This document shows, in pieces, positions 48,294-58,321 of a stretch of DNA of 64,000 nt; positions within the stretch are counted from its first letter, which is position 1; the number at the start of each line of letters is the position of its first letter. Below the pieces are notes generated by a model. It worked only from the letters and a program-made list of their open reading frames with translations. It did no database searches and was not told the origin of the DNA. The position numbers were made by a program, and so were the translations under genes. The stretch is from Candidatus Giovannonibacteria bacterium (lineage in GTDB: Bacteria; Patescibacteriota; Minisyncoccia; UBA11713; 2-01-FULL-45-33), in the NCBI GenBank assembly GCA_016432405.1, contig CP066687.1:42456-106455 (forward strand). Reading direction: 5' to 3'.

Positions 48294-49324
48294 TCTGCGC
48301 CGTATTTTATAAAATGATTCCCGCCATCGGTGGGTGAAAACGCTATACTGCCCGCTTTAATCTGCCTTGCCATTGATTTGTAAAACGCCGAAAGCCGGTT
48401 AACCTGGTTTAAATACGCGGAAAGCCCGGCCAGCCCCCGCACCGGGTCTTTCTCCGAATACTGCATATCGCGGACGGCGAGGGCGATGCCGTAGAAAGTA
48501 TTCATCAATTCAAGGTGGGGAGCCGCGTATTCTCCCGGAACACGCTTGGTTTTCAAAAAGTCAATGGTTTTCTGGTAGGCGTTTATGTAAGGCAGGAGCT
48601 TTTCCAGCTCTTTAAAATTGCCCGTTGTCATCGCGCGGTTTAAAATATTGATTTCCGCCTCCCCCAATCCGGAGAAAGTTTTTTCAATGAAAGCACCGGC
48701 GGAGTTGAGGTAGGATTTTATGAAATCGGCCGAGGCGCCGTTTTCAATCAATATATCCTTGTCGGAGAATTTGTTGCTCGCGGGGAGCGTCGCGCCGGCC
48801 AAGGATTCTAGAAGCGACTCGGAGACGGCGCGTTTTTGAAAATCGTCCAGCTCCCCGCCCGCTCCGCCCAAAGCCGAAAGGTACTCAACGGCGAATTTTT
48901 GGGCTATGCGCTCGGTAAGTGTCTGGGGCGCTGAGGTCGCCGCCTTGCCTTTTGCTTCCTCCGGCGTCTTAAACTTGTCGCTCCATTCGCCAGCTGGCGA
49001 ACCGTTTTTTAATTTGTATCCCGCAATCAGAGGATCTCTGCCTTCCCGCACTTCCTCGCCGTCGTCGGTGCCGTCTTTGTCGGTGTCGGGATTATTTATG
49101 TCCGTTTTCCAGAGAATTTCTTCCCAATCCTTAAGAGCGTCTCCGTCCGAATCACGGGTCGCTTCTTTGTAAGCCGCAAGGAATGATATTTGGGCAGATT
49201 TTTGGGCGTTTTTTACCGCCAATGAAGGGGCATTCCATACCCGGAGAGAGAGCCAGCCGGAAAACATCGCCACCAAGATAGCGGAAACAAGGGCTATGAA
49301 ATTTTTTGACGGAAGATAGCCCAT
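48290..49324 (-). CDS. Membrane-anchored protein with TSP3-like Ca-binding motifs
   Basis: DSDGDALKDWEE, DTDKDGTDDGEE. Confidence 0.72.
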   Translation of the reverse strand: MGYLPSKNFIALVSAILVAMFSGWLSLRVWNAPSLAVKNAQKSAQISFLAAYKEATRDSDGDALKDWEEILWKTDINNPDTDKDGTDDGEEVREGRDPLIAGYKLKNGSPAGEWSDKFKTPEEAKGKAATSAPQTLTERIAQKFAVEYLSALGGAGGELDDFQKRAVSESLLESLAGATLPASNKFSDKDILIENGASADFIKSYLNSAGAFIEKTFSGLGEAEINILNRAMTTGNFKELEKLLPYINAYQKTIDFLKTKRVPGEYAAPHLELMNTFYGIALAVRDMQYSEKDPVRGLAGLSAYLNQVNRLSAFYKSMARQIKAGSIAFSPTDGGNHFIKYGAE

Positions 49325-49354
49325 TTCACCACCTTAATTATACCACGCCCTACT

Positions 49355-50047
49355 TTAAATGGGCGTAAGCAAAGGTGGGGAAAGATTGGAGGCGGGCTCG
49401 GGGCCGGTGCCGATGCGGATTATGGGGTAAGCCGAGCCTAAAGATGGCGGTTTTTTGGGGAAAGCGAAGCTAAATACCGCAAAAGCAAGTGAAATTATCT
49501 GGAGGCCCGGGATAACGGCGGAGATAAGTTCCGCCAGGCCTTCGCCGAAGGGCCCGGTTATGATAAATTCGCCCAATGGGCCGCTAAACACCGTTCCTAT
49601 TACCTCGTCGAATTCATTTAATAACGGGGCAACATCTATCAGGCCTGATTCTAGCGCTCCGTCAATTAAATTGCCGGCTGAGAAGCCCCCTATCGGGCTT
49701 GGGTTGCCTCTGCACTCTACCGGAACCGGCTCGGCCAGGCCAAGCGTCCAAGTGCCCGGCGTTATGTTGTAGTATTGGTGGATTTTGCTGGAATCTGTCA
49801 GAAGGTATTTTTCGCCAACGAATTTAAATGAATGACAAAAAATGTCTTGGCAAACGTTTCGGCCGATATGCAAAAGCAGGCCCTTGGGGTTCTGGCAGGC
49901 CTGGATTTTTGTGATTTTGCCGCCGAAGGGCTTGTTTAATTGAAAGTCGGTGGGGTTTATTGCTGCAGACGCGATTAACGGATAGAAAGAAATAAGCGCC
50001 GTGAGTCCGGCCAAGAAAACTGCGGATTTGCGTCGGCTTGGTTTCAT
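49355..50047 (-). CDS. Hypothetical secreted/membrane protein
   Basis: Signal peptide, PFGGKI...C motif, C-terminal hydrophobic segment. Confidence 0.62.
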   Translation of the reverse strand: MKPSRRKSAVFLAGLTALISFYPLIASAAINPTDFQLNKPFGGKITKIQACQNPKGLLLHIGRNVCQDIFCHSFKFVGEKYLLTDSSKIHQYYNITPGTWTLGLAEPVPVECRGNPSPIGGFSAGNLIDGALESGLIDVAPLLNEFDEVIGTVFSGPLGEFIITGPFGEGLAELISAVIPGLQIISLAFAVFSFAFPKKPPSLGSAYPIIRIGTGPEPASNLSPPLLTPI

Positions 50048-50050
50048 GTT

Positions 50051-50869
50051 TTAATTATACCTTAATATTTCAGCCCAGTCCTTGAGCGAAAGTTCCTCGG
50101 GGCGCTTGTTTTGATATTTTTCCGGCAATGTGATTTTTTTGCCGATTGAATGCCGCAACATTTTGCGTTTTTGCTGGAAGGCAATTTTTGCAACGGCAAG
50201 AATTTTTTCAACACCCATAACTCCCCCAGCCCCTCTTACCTTAAGAGGGGAACTCTTTTTTGCTTTCCCCCTTAAAGTAAGGGGGATTAAGGGGGTTATC
50301 TTAATTATTACAGAATCAACTTTTGGCGGAGGCGAGAAAAAATTTTTTGAGACGTAGCGGATAATTTCCGGCTCAGCGTAAGCTTGGACGGAAAGCGCCA
50401 GCAAATTCATGCGCGGAGGTTTCGCGCAGATTCTTTCCGCGACCTCTTTTTGCACCATTAGCACAATAAGTTTTGACCGAAACTTAGTTTCGGACAGAAA
50501 TAGACGTAAAAAGCGCGAGGTTATGTAGTAGGGAAGGTTGGCGACGACTTTAAAATTTTTAAATTTATTGAAAATTGGAAATTGAAAATTGAAAATTTTG
50601 AGCACATCTCCTTCAATGATTTCCATATTCTTAAAATCTTTAAATTTTTCGCGCAAAACCGGAATCAATTCGCGGTCTTTTTCCACGGCAATCACTTTTT
50701 TGGCGCGCGCGGCCAAAATCTCTGTAAGCGAGCCCATTCCAGGCCCGACTTCCAAAACAATATCTTGTTTTGAAATCTTGGCCGCGCGCGCCATCTCCTC
50801 CAGAATTTTTTTATTGTTTAAAAAATGCTGCCCTAGGCGCCTGTTTTTACTCCACGATAATTTCCTCAT
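50051..50869 (-). CDS. rsmA: 16S rRNA dimethyltransferase
   Basis: LGQHFL, EVGPGMG, VANLPYYITS, MVQKEVAER, PPPKVDS. Confidence 0.95.
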   Translation of the reverse strand: MRKLSWSKNRRLGQHFLNNKKILEEMARAAKISKQDIVLEVGPGMGSLTEILAARAKKVIAVEKDRELIPVLREKFKDFKNMEIIEGDVLKIFNFQFPIFNKFKNFKVVANLPYYITSRFLRLFLSETKFRSKLIVLMVQKEVAERICAKPPRMNLLALSVQAYAEPEIIRYVSKNFFSPPPKVDSVIIKITPLIPLTLRGKAKKSSPLKVRGAGGVMGVEKILAVAKIAFQQKRKMLRHSIGKKITLPEKYQNKRPEELSLKDWAEILRYN

Positions 50870-52655
50870 TTTCTTCCGGCTTATTTACGTAAACGAGCAA
50901 ATGCTCCGGTATCTCCGCCAAAAACCGCGAGGGCATATTGGCCGCCCTTTCTCCGAAAAGCGTCCGCCGCGCGGCGGAGGTGAGGTAGAGGCGGGTTTTG
51001 GCGCGGGTTATCGCCACGTAGCAGAGCCGGCGCTCTTCTTCCAAATCCTCCGGCTCCAAAGAAAGCGCGTGTGGAAATAGCCCCTCTTCCAGCCCGACCA
51101 CGAAAACGGCCTCAAATTCCAGCCCTTTGGCCGAATGCATGGTCATTAAATTAATTTTGTCCTCAACTGGGTCATATTTATCGTCTACCGCGAAGAGGGA
51201 AACGTGTTCCAAAAATTTGTCCGCGTCTTCTATTTTTTCTGCTAACCCCAAAAGCTCTTCTATGTTTTGCCATCTCTCTTTTCCCTTTTCGGTGCCGTCG
51301 TCAATGTAATCCCTATACCCTATTTCCCCGATTATTTTTTTTAAAAGCCCGTGCGCTCCCAAGCCCTCGCCTTCTTTGCGGAAATTTTCCATAAGTTTCT
51401 CAAAATCTATTTTCTTTTTTTTGCGCGGCGGGACGTTGGCGATTCTTTTGCGGCTTAATTCGTCTTTCGGGTTTCTAATAAGCCGCAGGTAGGATATCAG
51501 GTCTTTTATTTCACGCCTTTCGTAAAATCTGACGCCGCCGGTGATTTTGTAAGGTATGTTCCGCTCCAAAAAAACCTCTTCCAACGCCCGCGACTGGGCG
51601 TTGGTGCGGTAAAGCGCGGCAATTTCCCCAAGCTTGATTTTTTTTCTCAAAAAATTGATTTCCGCGGCCACGATTTCCGCTTCCCTCTTTTCGTCCTCGG
51701 CAAAGACCAGGCGGATTTGTGAGGACTCTTCCACCGCCCGATTTGTCCAGAGATTTTTGGGAATTCTGAACTTGTTGCGGGATATGACGGCGTTCGCCGC
51801 CTCCAAAATTACGTCCGTTGAGCGGTAGTTTTCTTCCAAAAAAACAATTTTCGCCTCCGGATAATCTTTCTGGAAATTTAAAATGTTTTTAAAGTCCGCC
51901 CCGCGCCAGCTGTAGATTGCCTGGTCAACGTCGCCAACAGCCAGTATATTTTTGCGCTCGCCGGCGAGCAGATTGGAAAGCGCGTATTGCGCCGCGTTGG
52001 TGTCTTGATATTCGTCTATATGGATATATTTCCAGCGGTTTTGGTATTTTTTTAAAATCTCCGGCTCGCGCCCGAAAAGCAAAACCGGTTTTAAAAGCAG
52101 GTCGTCAAAGTCTAGCTGGTTTTGCTTGCCTTTCTTTGTTTCGTAAAGCCGCCAGGCCCTTCCGAGAATCTCCGCAAAAAAGCCCTCTTCGGCGAAATTT
52201 TCCGCCGTGACCAGATGATTTTTCAAAAGAGAAACGCGCCCCCTTATCCGCGACGGGTCAAATTGCTTTGGGTCAACTTTGAGCTCCAACAGGCACTCTC
52301 TGATTAATTTTAATGAATCGTCTTCGTCTAAAATAGTAAACCCCCTCGCCAAATTTTCTTTAATTATCAAAAGCCCGAGAGCGTGGAAAGTGCCGATGAA
52401 GGGAATACTGTATGCCGTATGCTCTACGCCGTACGGCTTATGGCTTATGGCGGTTCTCTCCCGCATCTCCCCCGCCGCCTTATTCGTGAATGTCACCGCC
52501 AAAATATTCTCCGGACTGACGCCTTTTTCAATGAGATGGTTAATTCTCTCGGCTATGACCTTGGTTTTTCCCGCTCCCGCTCCGGCCACAACTAAAACTG
52601 GGCCTTCAGTGGCCTCCACCGCCTCTTTTTGCTTCGGATTTAGCTCGCCCGCCAT
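50847..52655 (-). CDS. pcrA: UvrD/PcrA helicase
   Basis: AGAGAGKT, DEYQDTN, GDVDQAIYSWRGA, NYRS, EEERRLCYVAITRAK. Confidence 0.95.
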   Translation of the reverse strand: MAGELNPKQKEAVEATEGPVLVVAGAGAGKTKVIAERINHLIEKGVSPENILAVTFTNKAAGEMRERTAISHKPYGVEHTAYSIPFIGTFHALGLLIIKENLARGFTILDEDDSLKLIRECLLELKVDPKQFDPSRIRGRVSLLKNHLVTAENFAEEGFFAEILGRAWRLYETKKGKQNQLDFDDLLLKPVLLFGREPEILKKYQNRWKYIHIDEYQDTNAAQYALSNLLAGERKNILAVGDVDQAIYSWRGADFKNILNFQKDYPEAKIVFLEENYRSTDVILEAANAVISRNKFRIPKNLWTNRAVEESSQIRLVFAEDEKREAEIVAAEINFLRKKIKLGEIAALYRTNAQSRALEEVFLERNIPYKITGGVRFYERREIKDLISYLRLIRNPKDELSRKRIANVPPRKKKKIDFEKLMENFRKEGEGLGAHGLLKKIIGEIGYRDYIDDGTEKGKERWQNIEELLGLAEKIEDADKFLEHVSLFAVDDKYDPVEDKINLMTMHSAKGLEFEAVFVVGLEEGLFPHALSLEPEDLEEERRLCYVAITRAKTRLYLTSAARRTLFGERAANMPSRFLAEIPEHLLVYVNKPEENEEIIVE

Positions 52656-52729
52656 AGTTATGGGGCTATAATACCAGTTTTTGGGGGTGTGGACATCTTT
52701 TTGGATGGGGTTGATTTCTCCTTCCGAGA

Positions 52730-53842
52730 ATGCTACTATGGCTTTACGGTCGCGATGGGAGCAGAAAGCCGATACTCCATTTACTTAGACTTTTAACTCT
52801 TAAACTCATCTTAAATAAGGAAAATCTTGGGTGGCCTTTTTTGCCGTTTACGGCGGCTATTTTGGCCTGGACGCTCCTTGCCGGCGCCGCGAACGCCGGA
52901 ATCTTCTCTTTTTTGGAAAAGCTTTTGGGCGGCGGGGGCGAAGAGGCCGCTTTTTATAATTCGCAAAACATCCCTTTGCTAAAAGCGCCCGCTACCACAA
53001 ACCCCAAGGCGGCCACGGGAGGCGCGGTCATAAATTTCGTTGGGGACTCTTCTTTGCTCCCGGTCGTGGGGCCGATGGGCAGCGTCGCGGACGTGGAAAC
53101 TTACAAACTTGACCAGATTACGACGTACGTTGTGCGCGAAGGCGACACGCTTTCCAAAATAGCGGATATGTTCAACTTGAGAGTAAGCGATATTTATTGG
53201 GCTAATAACTTAAAAAACGGCGACCTGGTAAAGTCCGGCGATACGCTGGTAATTTTCCCGATAAGCGGTTTTCCCTACACCGTGAAAAAAGGAGATACGA
53301 TTAAAGCCATCGCCGCCAAATACAAAGGCGATGTGCAGGAAATTATTAATTCTAATTCCAATTTCAATCTATCTGCGGATGGCTTTTTGGAAGAAGGAAT
53401 AACTATTATTATCCCAGATGTTGAAATTGAGGTGCCGCGATACGCGCCCGTGCGCGGATCCGGCAGTTTGTCGTTGCCGGGGTATTTTATGCGTCCGGTT
53501 GCGGGGGGGCGAAACTCGCGCGCAACAGCTTCAAACCCGCGCGGACTTCATGGATTTAACGGAGTGGATTTGGCGGTCAGTTGCTTGACCCCGGTCTACG
53601 CGTCGGCAAGCGGCACGGTGATTGTCGCCAGAAATTACGGATGGAACGGAGGGTATGGAAAATATGTTGTGATCGCGCATCCCAATGGCACGCAGACGGT
53701 TTACGCGCACTTATCGCAGATTTTTGTTTCCGTCGGCCAATACGTGTCCCAAGGATTTATGATAGGCACAGTCGGCTCTACCGGCAATTCATCCGGCTGC
53801 CATGTCCACTTTGAAATCCGCGGCGCCGCGCAGATTTATTAG
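52730..53842 (+). CDS. LysM plus M23 peptidase (start uncertain)
   Basis: YVVREGDTL, YTVKKGDT, HGFNGVD, YAHL, HVHFE. Confidence 0.9.
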   Translation: MLLWLYGRDGSRKPILHLLRLLTLKLILNKENLGWPFLPFTAAILAWTLLAGAANAGIFSFLEKLLGGGGEEAAFYNSQNIPLLKAPATTNPKAATGGAVINFVGDSSLLPVVGPMGSVADVETYKLDQITTYVVREGDTLSKIADMFNLRVSDIYWANNLKNGDLVKSGDTLVIFPISGFPYTVKKGDTIKAIAAKYKGDVQEIINSNSNFNLSADGFLEEGITIIIPDVEIEVPRYAPVRGSGSLSLPGYFMRPVAGGRNSRATASNPRGLHGFNGVDLAVSCLTPVYASASGTVIVARNYGWNGGYGKYVVIAHPNGTQTVYAHLSQIFVSVGQYVSQGFMIGTVGSTGNSSGCHVHFEIRGAAQIY

Positions 53843-53848
53843 GCGGGC

Positions 53849-53877
53849 TTGACTTTTTTAGTTCGCGGGTGTATAAT
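53849..53877 (+). promoter_or_regulatory. Near-consensus sigma70 promoter
   Basis: TTGACT-17-TATAAT. Confidence 0.7.
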
Positions 53878-53958
53878 GGGATGAGAGTAAACAAGTAATT
53901 TCGCTGGCATCTCTCGTATGAGAGAAATTAAAAACCAGTGAAACGAAAGGAGGGCCAT

Positions 53959-54273
53959 ATGGCTCAAGAGAAAGTCGCTCGAGAAAAAATCGAAGACGGG
54001 CCATCAAAGTTAGACCTTATGCTCGCACTCTTCGATGTCGCTGGCGTGTACGGAAAGTTTCGCCCCGTATCTTTTACCTTAGAAGGCGGACAATCTGTAG
54101 GTGTACACATAGGCACTGTGCATCGTGATGATGGTAGCGGAGAGAACTGGGGATTCATAGGCTACACCGTTGGGCGAGAACCGAAAGGAATCAAAGGGTT
54201 CTTTTCCACCAGAAATCGAGAAGGGTGGATAGAATTCGATGATTCTCTTCTTTGGTCAACGCCCTGGCGATAA
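53959..54273 (+). CDS. Hypothetical small beta protein
   Basis: AAGGAGG SD, own promoter, downstream hairpin. Confidence 0.65.
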   Translation: MAQEKVAREKIEDGPSKLDLMLALFDVAGVYGKFRPVSFTLEGGQSVGVHIGTVHRDDGSGENWGFIGYTVGREPKGIKGFFSTRNREGWIEFDDSLLWSTPWR

Positions 54274-54675
54274 ACTATTTCCCACTCGCTAGCGGAGGTT
54301 TGGATTTAAAACCCAAACCTCCCTTCCTCCGAGCGCTTGAAGTAATTTGAGCTTTCAGAGGAAGTTGTTCTTTCCCAAAAATCGCCGATGCCGAAAGTCA
54401 AATTCAAAATCGGCGACGATATGGAGGTGAATTATGAAGCCGAATCAAAAAGTGTTTCTCTTTTTGGGGAGCGCAGTCATCACCTCAACGCTGGCGTTGG
54501 GGGTGATGTATATTCTGCTTTTCTCCGTTGCCGGCCGCTGGCCAATTTTCTGAACCCATTCTGGTTCGAGCGCGTAAGGATGTTCCGCTCCTGCGGAACT
54601 CCATCCTTACGCGCTTTATTTTTTAGTTTTCTGGTGTATAGTGATTAAAGAAAAAACCAAAGGAAGGGGACGCGG

Positions 54676-55050
54676 ATGCTGAAAAAATATTTCATTTTTG
54701 GGATTATTGTTTTTGTCGCGTGGATTTACGTGGGTGTTGGGTATCAATGGATATACAAAATTCGAGTGAATAGAGCATTCACCGAGTATCAAGGGATTCT
54801 TTTAGAAAGCAAAAAGTTCCGCGTGCGATATTATGAGGAACTAGAGCGGCTTTTGATGAGCGCAAGGAATGCGACGCCGTCCGAAAAGCAAAAAATTAGC
54901 GAGCGACTCTCTGAAATTAAAGAAGAGATAAAAAAAACGGTAGAAAGATTGGCCGAAGCCCGAAAAAAATTTTGCGACTTGGCCGACGAAGAAGAACTGT
55001 TTTGTCAAGAAGAACATAACCCAGTGCCGCGTCAAGGCTGGCCTATCTAA
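54676..55050 (+). CDS. Hypothetical TM plus coiled-coil protein
   Basis: Purine-rich SD-like leader, N-terminal TM. Confidence 0.6.
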   Translation: MLKKYFIFGIIVFVAWIYVGVGYQWIYKIRVNRAFTEYQGILLESKKFRVRYYEELERLLMSARNATPSEKQKISERLSEIKEEIKKTVERLAEARKKFCDLADEEELFCQEEHNPVPRQGWPI

Positions 55051-56624
55051 ACCAATGATTTCGGCCGGTATTGCAAGGCCTCCAGGATGTGGGGGCTTTT
55101 TATGTTGCGCTCGCCCTCCAAATCGGAAATTGTGCGGGCGAGTTTGATGACGCGGTGGTAGGAACGCGGGGAGAGGTCAAGCCGCGCGGCGGCTTGCTGG
55201 AGGATGGATTTTGACTCGTCGTCCAGTTGGCAGTATTTTTTAATCTCGCGCACTCCCATCTCGCTGTTTGTAAGCAGTCCTGCCCGTCCCTGCCCGTCCG
55301 GCAGGCGGGCGGCAGGCTGGTTCGTCCCGGCGAATCTTTTTTTCTGAATTTCTCTCGCGCGCTCAACGCGTTTTCTGATTTGCGCGGAAGTTTCGCGGGT
55401 TGCCCCGCCAACGGCGGGGTCGTCCTCCAGTTTTTTGTGCTCAATGCCGTAAACCCCCAGCCAAAGGTCAATCCTGTCCACAATCGGGCCGGAAATTTTT
55501 CTTTGGTAGCGGTTTATCGCGGCTGGGTTGCAGATGCAGGCCTTATTGGAGCCCAAATTTCCGCAGGGGCAGGGGTTCATGGCGATAATCATTGAAATCT
55601 GCGCGGGGAAATTCAGCGTCGCTTTGGCGCGCGATATTGTGACAACCTTATCTTCTAGGGGCTGTCTCAAAACCTCAATCACCCGCCGCTCAAATTCCGG
55701 GAATTCGTCCAGAAACAAAACTCCGCGGTGCGCGAGCGTAATTTCCCCCGGCTTGGGGTATGTCCCTCCCCCGACCAGCGAAACATAAGAAGAGGTGTGG
55801 TGCGGGTTGCGAAACGGGCGCGAGCTTACAATAAATTCTTTTTCCGGCAACGCCCCGGCGATGGAATGAATTTTTGTCACCTCAAGCGCTTCCTCTTTGG
55901 AAAGCGACGGCAGTATGGAGGAAAATGCCCGCGCGAGCATGGTTTTTCCCGTGCCGGGAGGGCCGATCATGAGGGCGTTGTGCGCCCCGGCGGCCGCGAT
56001 TTCCAATCCGCGCTTTGCTGACTCCTGCCCGCGGACGTCGGCGAAATCCAAAAGCGTTTCCGCCCCGCCCAAGCCGATTTTTGTTTTCGGGCATTCTTTT
56101 ATCGGGTTTTTCTCTTCAAGATGTTCCAAAACTTCTTCAAGGGTTCCGGCCTCAAAAACCTTGAGCCCGTCTATGAGCGCCGCCTCTCTGCCGTTGCCCC
56201 GCGGCAGATAGATTTCTTTAAATCCCTCCCGGCGCGCCTCTTCGGCCAAAGCCAGTACTCCTTTTACTGGGCGGAGCGAGCCCTCCAGAGCGAGCTCGCC
56301 CAGAAAAACTTTTTCTTTCGGATTGAATTTCGCCTGGCCGGAGGCCAGAAGATAAGCAAGCGCGATTGGTAGGTCAAAAGCCGGCCCTTCTTTTTTAAGG
56401 TCGGCCGGGGCGAGGGAAATCACCACCCGCTGGTTTTTCTTTTGCGGGTTTCTGGCGCCCAGATTTTTTATTGCGGCGGAAATTCTTTCTTTTGATTCGG
56501 CGACGGCTTTGTCCGCTAACCCGACAATTGCGAAGCTAAAAAGCCCCTGCGAAAGGTCAATTTCAACGTCAATTATTTTTCCCTCAAGCCCGACAACTTC
56601 CGCCGAGTGGAGTTTTACCGCCAT
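55047..56624 (-). CDS. comM: YifB/ComM Mg-chelatase-like ATPase
   Basis: IVGLADKAVAESKERI, GPPGTGKTMLA, RPFRNPHH, LDEFPEF, MNPCPCG. Confidence 0.94.
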   Translation of the reverse strand: MAVKLHSAEVVGLEGKIIDVEIDLSQGLFSFAIVGLADKAVAESKERISAAIKNLGARNPQKKNQRVVISLAPADLKKEGPAFDLPIALAYLLASGQAKFNPKEKVFLGELALEGSLRPVKGVLALAEEARREGFKEIYLPRGNGREAALIDGLKVFEAGTLEEVLEHLEEKNPIKECPKTKIGLGGAETLLDFADVRGQESAKRGLEIAAAGAHNALMIGPPGTGKTMLARAFSSILPSLSKEEALEVTKIHSIAGALPEKEFIVSSRPFRNPHHTSSYVSLVGGGTYPKPGEITLAHRGVLFLDEFPEFERRVIEVLRQPLEDKVVTISRAKATLNFPAQISMIIAMNPCPCGNLGSNKACICNPAAINRYQRKISGPIVDRIDLWLGVYGIEHKKLEDDPAVGGATRETSAQIRKRVERAREIQKKRFAGTNQPAARLPDGQGRAGLLTNSEMGVREIKKYCQLDDESKSILQQAAARLDLSPRSYHRVIKLARTISDLEGERNIKSPHILEALQYRPKSLV

Positions 56625-56725
56625 TCCTGCCACTTTAGCAAACCATTTATAAAAAGCAATTGCATATTTTATGCTATGTGCTATATTGTGTTTGGAATAA
56701 ATCTAAAAGGAAAAGGAGAAAAATT

Positions 56726-57196
56726 ATGGGAATGCCAAGATGGCAGTTAAGAGAGATGGGGCAGCAGACTTTTCTGGAAAAGTTGCTTCGAGTAGCCGAT
56801 GAGGAGGCTGGAGATGAATATTATGAGTTTTACCGTTTGGTCGCTTCAGCAATTTTGAAGGTTCTGCCTGCGGCTCTGGAATCGAAATGGAAGAAGCTGA
56901 AGCCTGGCCGCTACGTTAAAGCTGATTGGCTTGGGGTGGGGATGCTCGATATCAAAGTAAAACCGGAAAGATTTTTGATTATGACCGCAATGGAGGCCAT
57001 TCGCCAGTTTAGTCGCACCCCGGAAGAGGCCGTGTATCTTGTCTGGAGATTTGGTGAGAAGTGTTTTGAACGTGCCGGTACACCTTTTACCAGAGGGTAT
57101 AATTCCCAAAGAGTTGTAGAACAGGAAAAAATCTACGGTGGCCCGGCGACCGATGATGCTCCCGAGGAAGAAGTACAAGCGGCGCTTCGCGACTGA
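56726..57196 (+). CDS. Hypothetical protein
   Basis: AAGGAG SD before MGMPRWQ; fills the intergenic gap. Confidence 0.6.
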   Translation: MGMPRWQLREMGQQTFLEKLLRVADEEAGDEYYEFYRLVASAILKVLPAALESKWKKLKPGRYVKADWLGVGMLDIKVKPERFLIMTAMEAIRQFSRTPEEAVYLVWRFGEKCFERAGTPFTRGYNSQRVVEQEKIYGGPATDDAPEEEVQAALRD

Positions 57197-57206
57197 AGCG
57201 CCCTTT

Positions 57207-57791
57207 TTATTTCAACTCCTTGTACACCTTCCCGGCCTTTTTGATGGAGGGTTGCAAAGTTTGCGCGCCTTCGTCCCAGGAGGCCGGGCAGACGTGGCCG
57301 GGATTTTTGCGGACGAAATTCAGGGCTTTTAATTTTCTTAAAATTTCGGAAGCGTTTCTGCCGATGGCGTCCGCCACGATTTCCACTGCGCGCAAAATGC
57401 CGTCCGGGTCAATTATAAAAACCGCGCGCTGGGCCATGCCGTTATTTTCGTCATAAATTCCCAATTCTCTGGAAAATTTCCCGTTGTGGTCGGCGGCCAG
57501 CGGATATTTTAATCCTTTTAATAATTCTTCTGTTTCAATCCATGCTTTGTGCGTGAAAACCGTGTCTGTTGATGCGCCGACGAGCTCTGCTTTTTCTTTC
57601 GTGAAATCATCATGCCGCCTGTTTAAATCCAAAAGCTCTGTCGGGCAGACAAAAGTAAAGTCCGCCGGGTAGAAAAATAAAACCAGCCACTTGCCCTCAA
57701 AGTCCTTTAAGGATACTCTTACGACCTCGTCTTTTTTCGGGTCATAGGTCTCCAAAGAAAAGTGCGGAAATTTTTGGTCTATTTGAAACAT
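57207..57791 (-). CDS. ahpC: 2-Cys peroxiredoxin
   Basis: FFYPADFTFVCPTE, VCPASW. Confidence 0.95.
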   Translation of the reverse strand: MFQIDQKFPHFSLETYDPKKDEVVRVSLKDFEGKWLVLFFYPADFTFVCPTELLDLNRRHDDFTKEKAELVGASTDTVFTHKAWIETEELLKGLKYPLAADHNGKFSRELGIYDENNGMAQRAVFIIDPDGILRAVEIVADAIGRNASEILRKLKALNFVRKNPGHVCPASWDEGAQTLQPSIKKAGKVYKELK

Positions 57792-57792
57792 A

Positions 57793-58152
57793 TTATTTCG
57801 CGTGCTCTACGCAAGTAACCGCTGCCGGATTCGCGCGGAGCCGCGCCTCATCAATCGGCTCTCCTCCGACCGCGCACACTCCGTATTTGCCGCTTCTCAT
57901 GCGCTCTAGTGCTTCGTTTACGTCGCGCAAGCGGGACTCCAAATTATATTCCACGCTGGCGGCATTTTCCAACTCCTCCTCAACGTCCGCGACCTCTTCT
58001 TTGGCGGCCGGCATAACATTCATATCGGGCTGGCTCACAGTCCAGTCCTCCGGCGCGTCCGGATTCCTGTGCGCGATCGTTCCCAATTCCCCCTCCAACC
58101 GCGCCTTTTCCTCTTCCAATTGTTTCCTAAAATAATCTAAATCTAAGGCCAT
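57793..58152 (-). CDS. DksA/TraR family protein
   Basis: ALERMRSGKYGVCAVGGEPIDEARLRANPAAVTC. Confidence 0.85.
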   Translation of the reverse strand: MALDLDYFRKQLEEEKARLEGELGTIAHRNPDAPEDWTVSQPDMNVMPAAKEEVADVEEELENAASVEYNLESRLRDVNEALERMRSGKYGVCAVGGEPIDEARLRANPAAVTCVEHAK

Positions 58153-58321
58153 TGGCCTATCTTATCAAAATTTTATCTCGGAGGCAAATTATTTTACAAA
58201 AAGAAACCCACCATTTTGGTTGTGTGTCAATACTATAAAAACCTTCAATACAAATACGACACTTTTACACGATCGTACAAACATGTCGTATATCTATTAT
58301 ATACTTTTCTATATTAAGATT

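Noticed and set aside
54388-54648. 86-aa ORF as a confident gene
   Set aside because: No SD or promoter, and its 3' half is made of hairpins
55807-55820. TTGCGAAACGG match as a second VR
   Set aside because: Short chance match inside the conserved RPFRNPHH motif of comM; it does not extend
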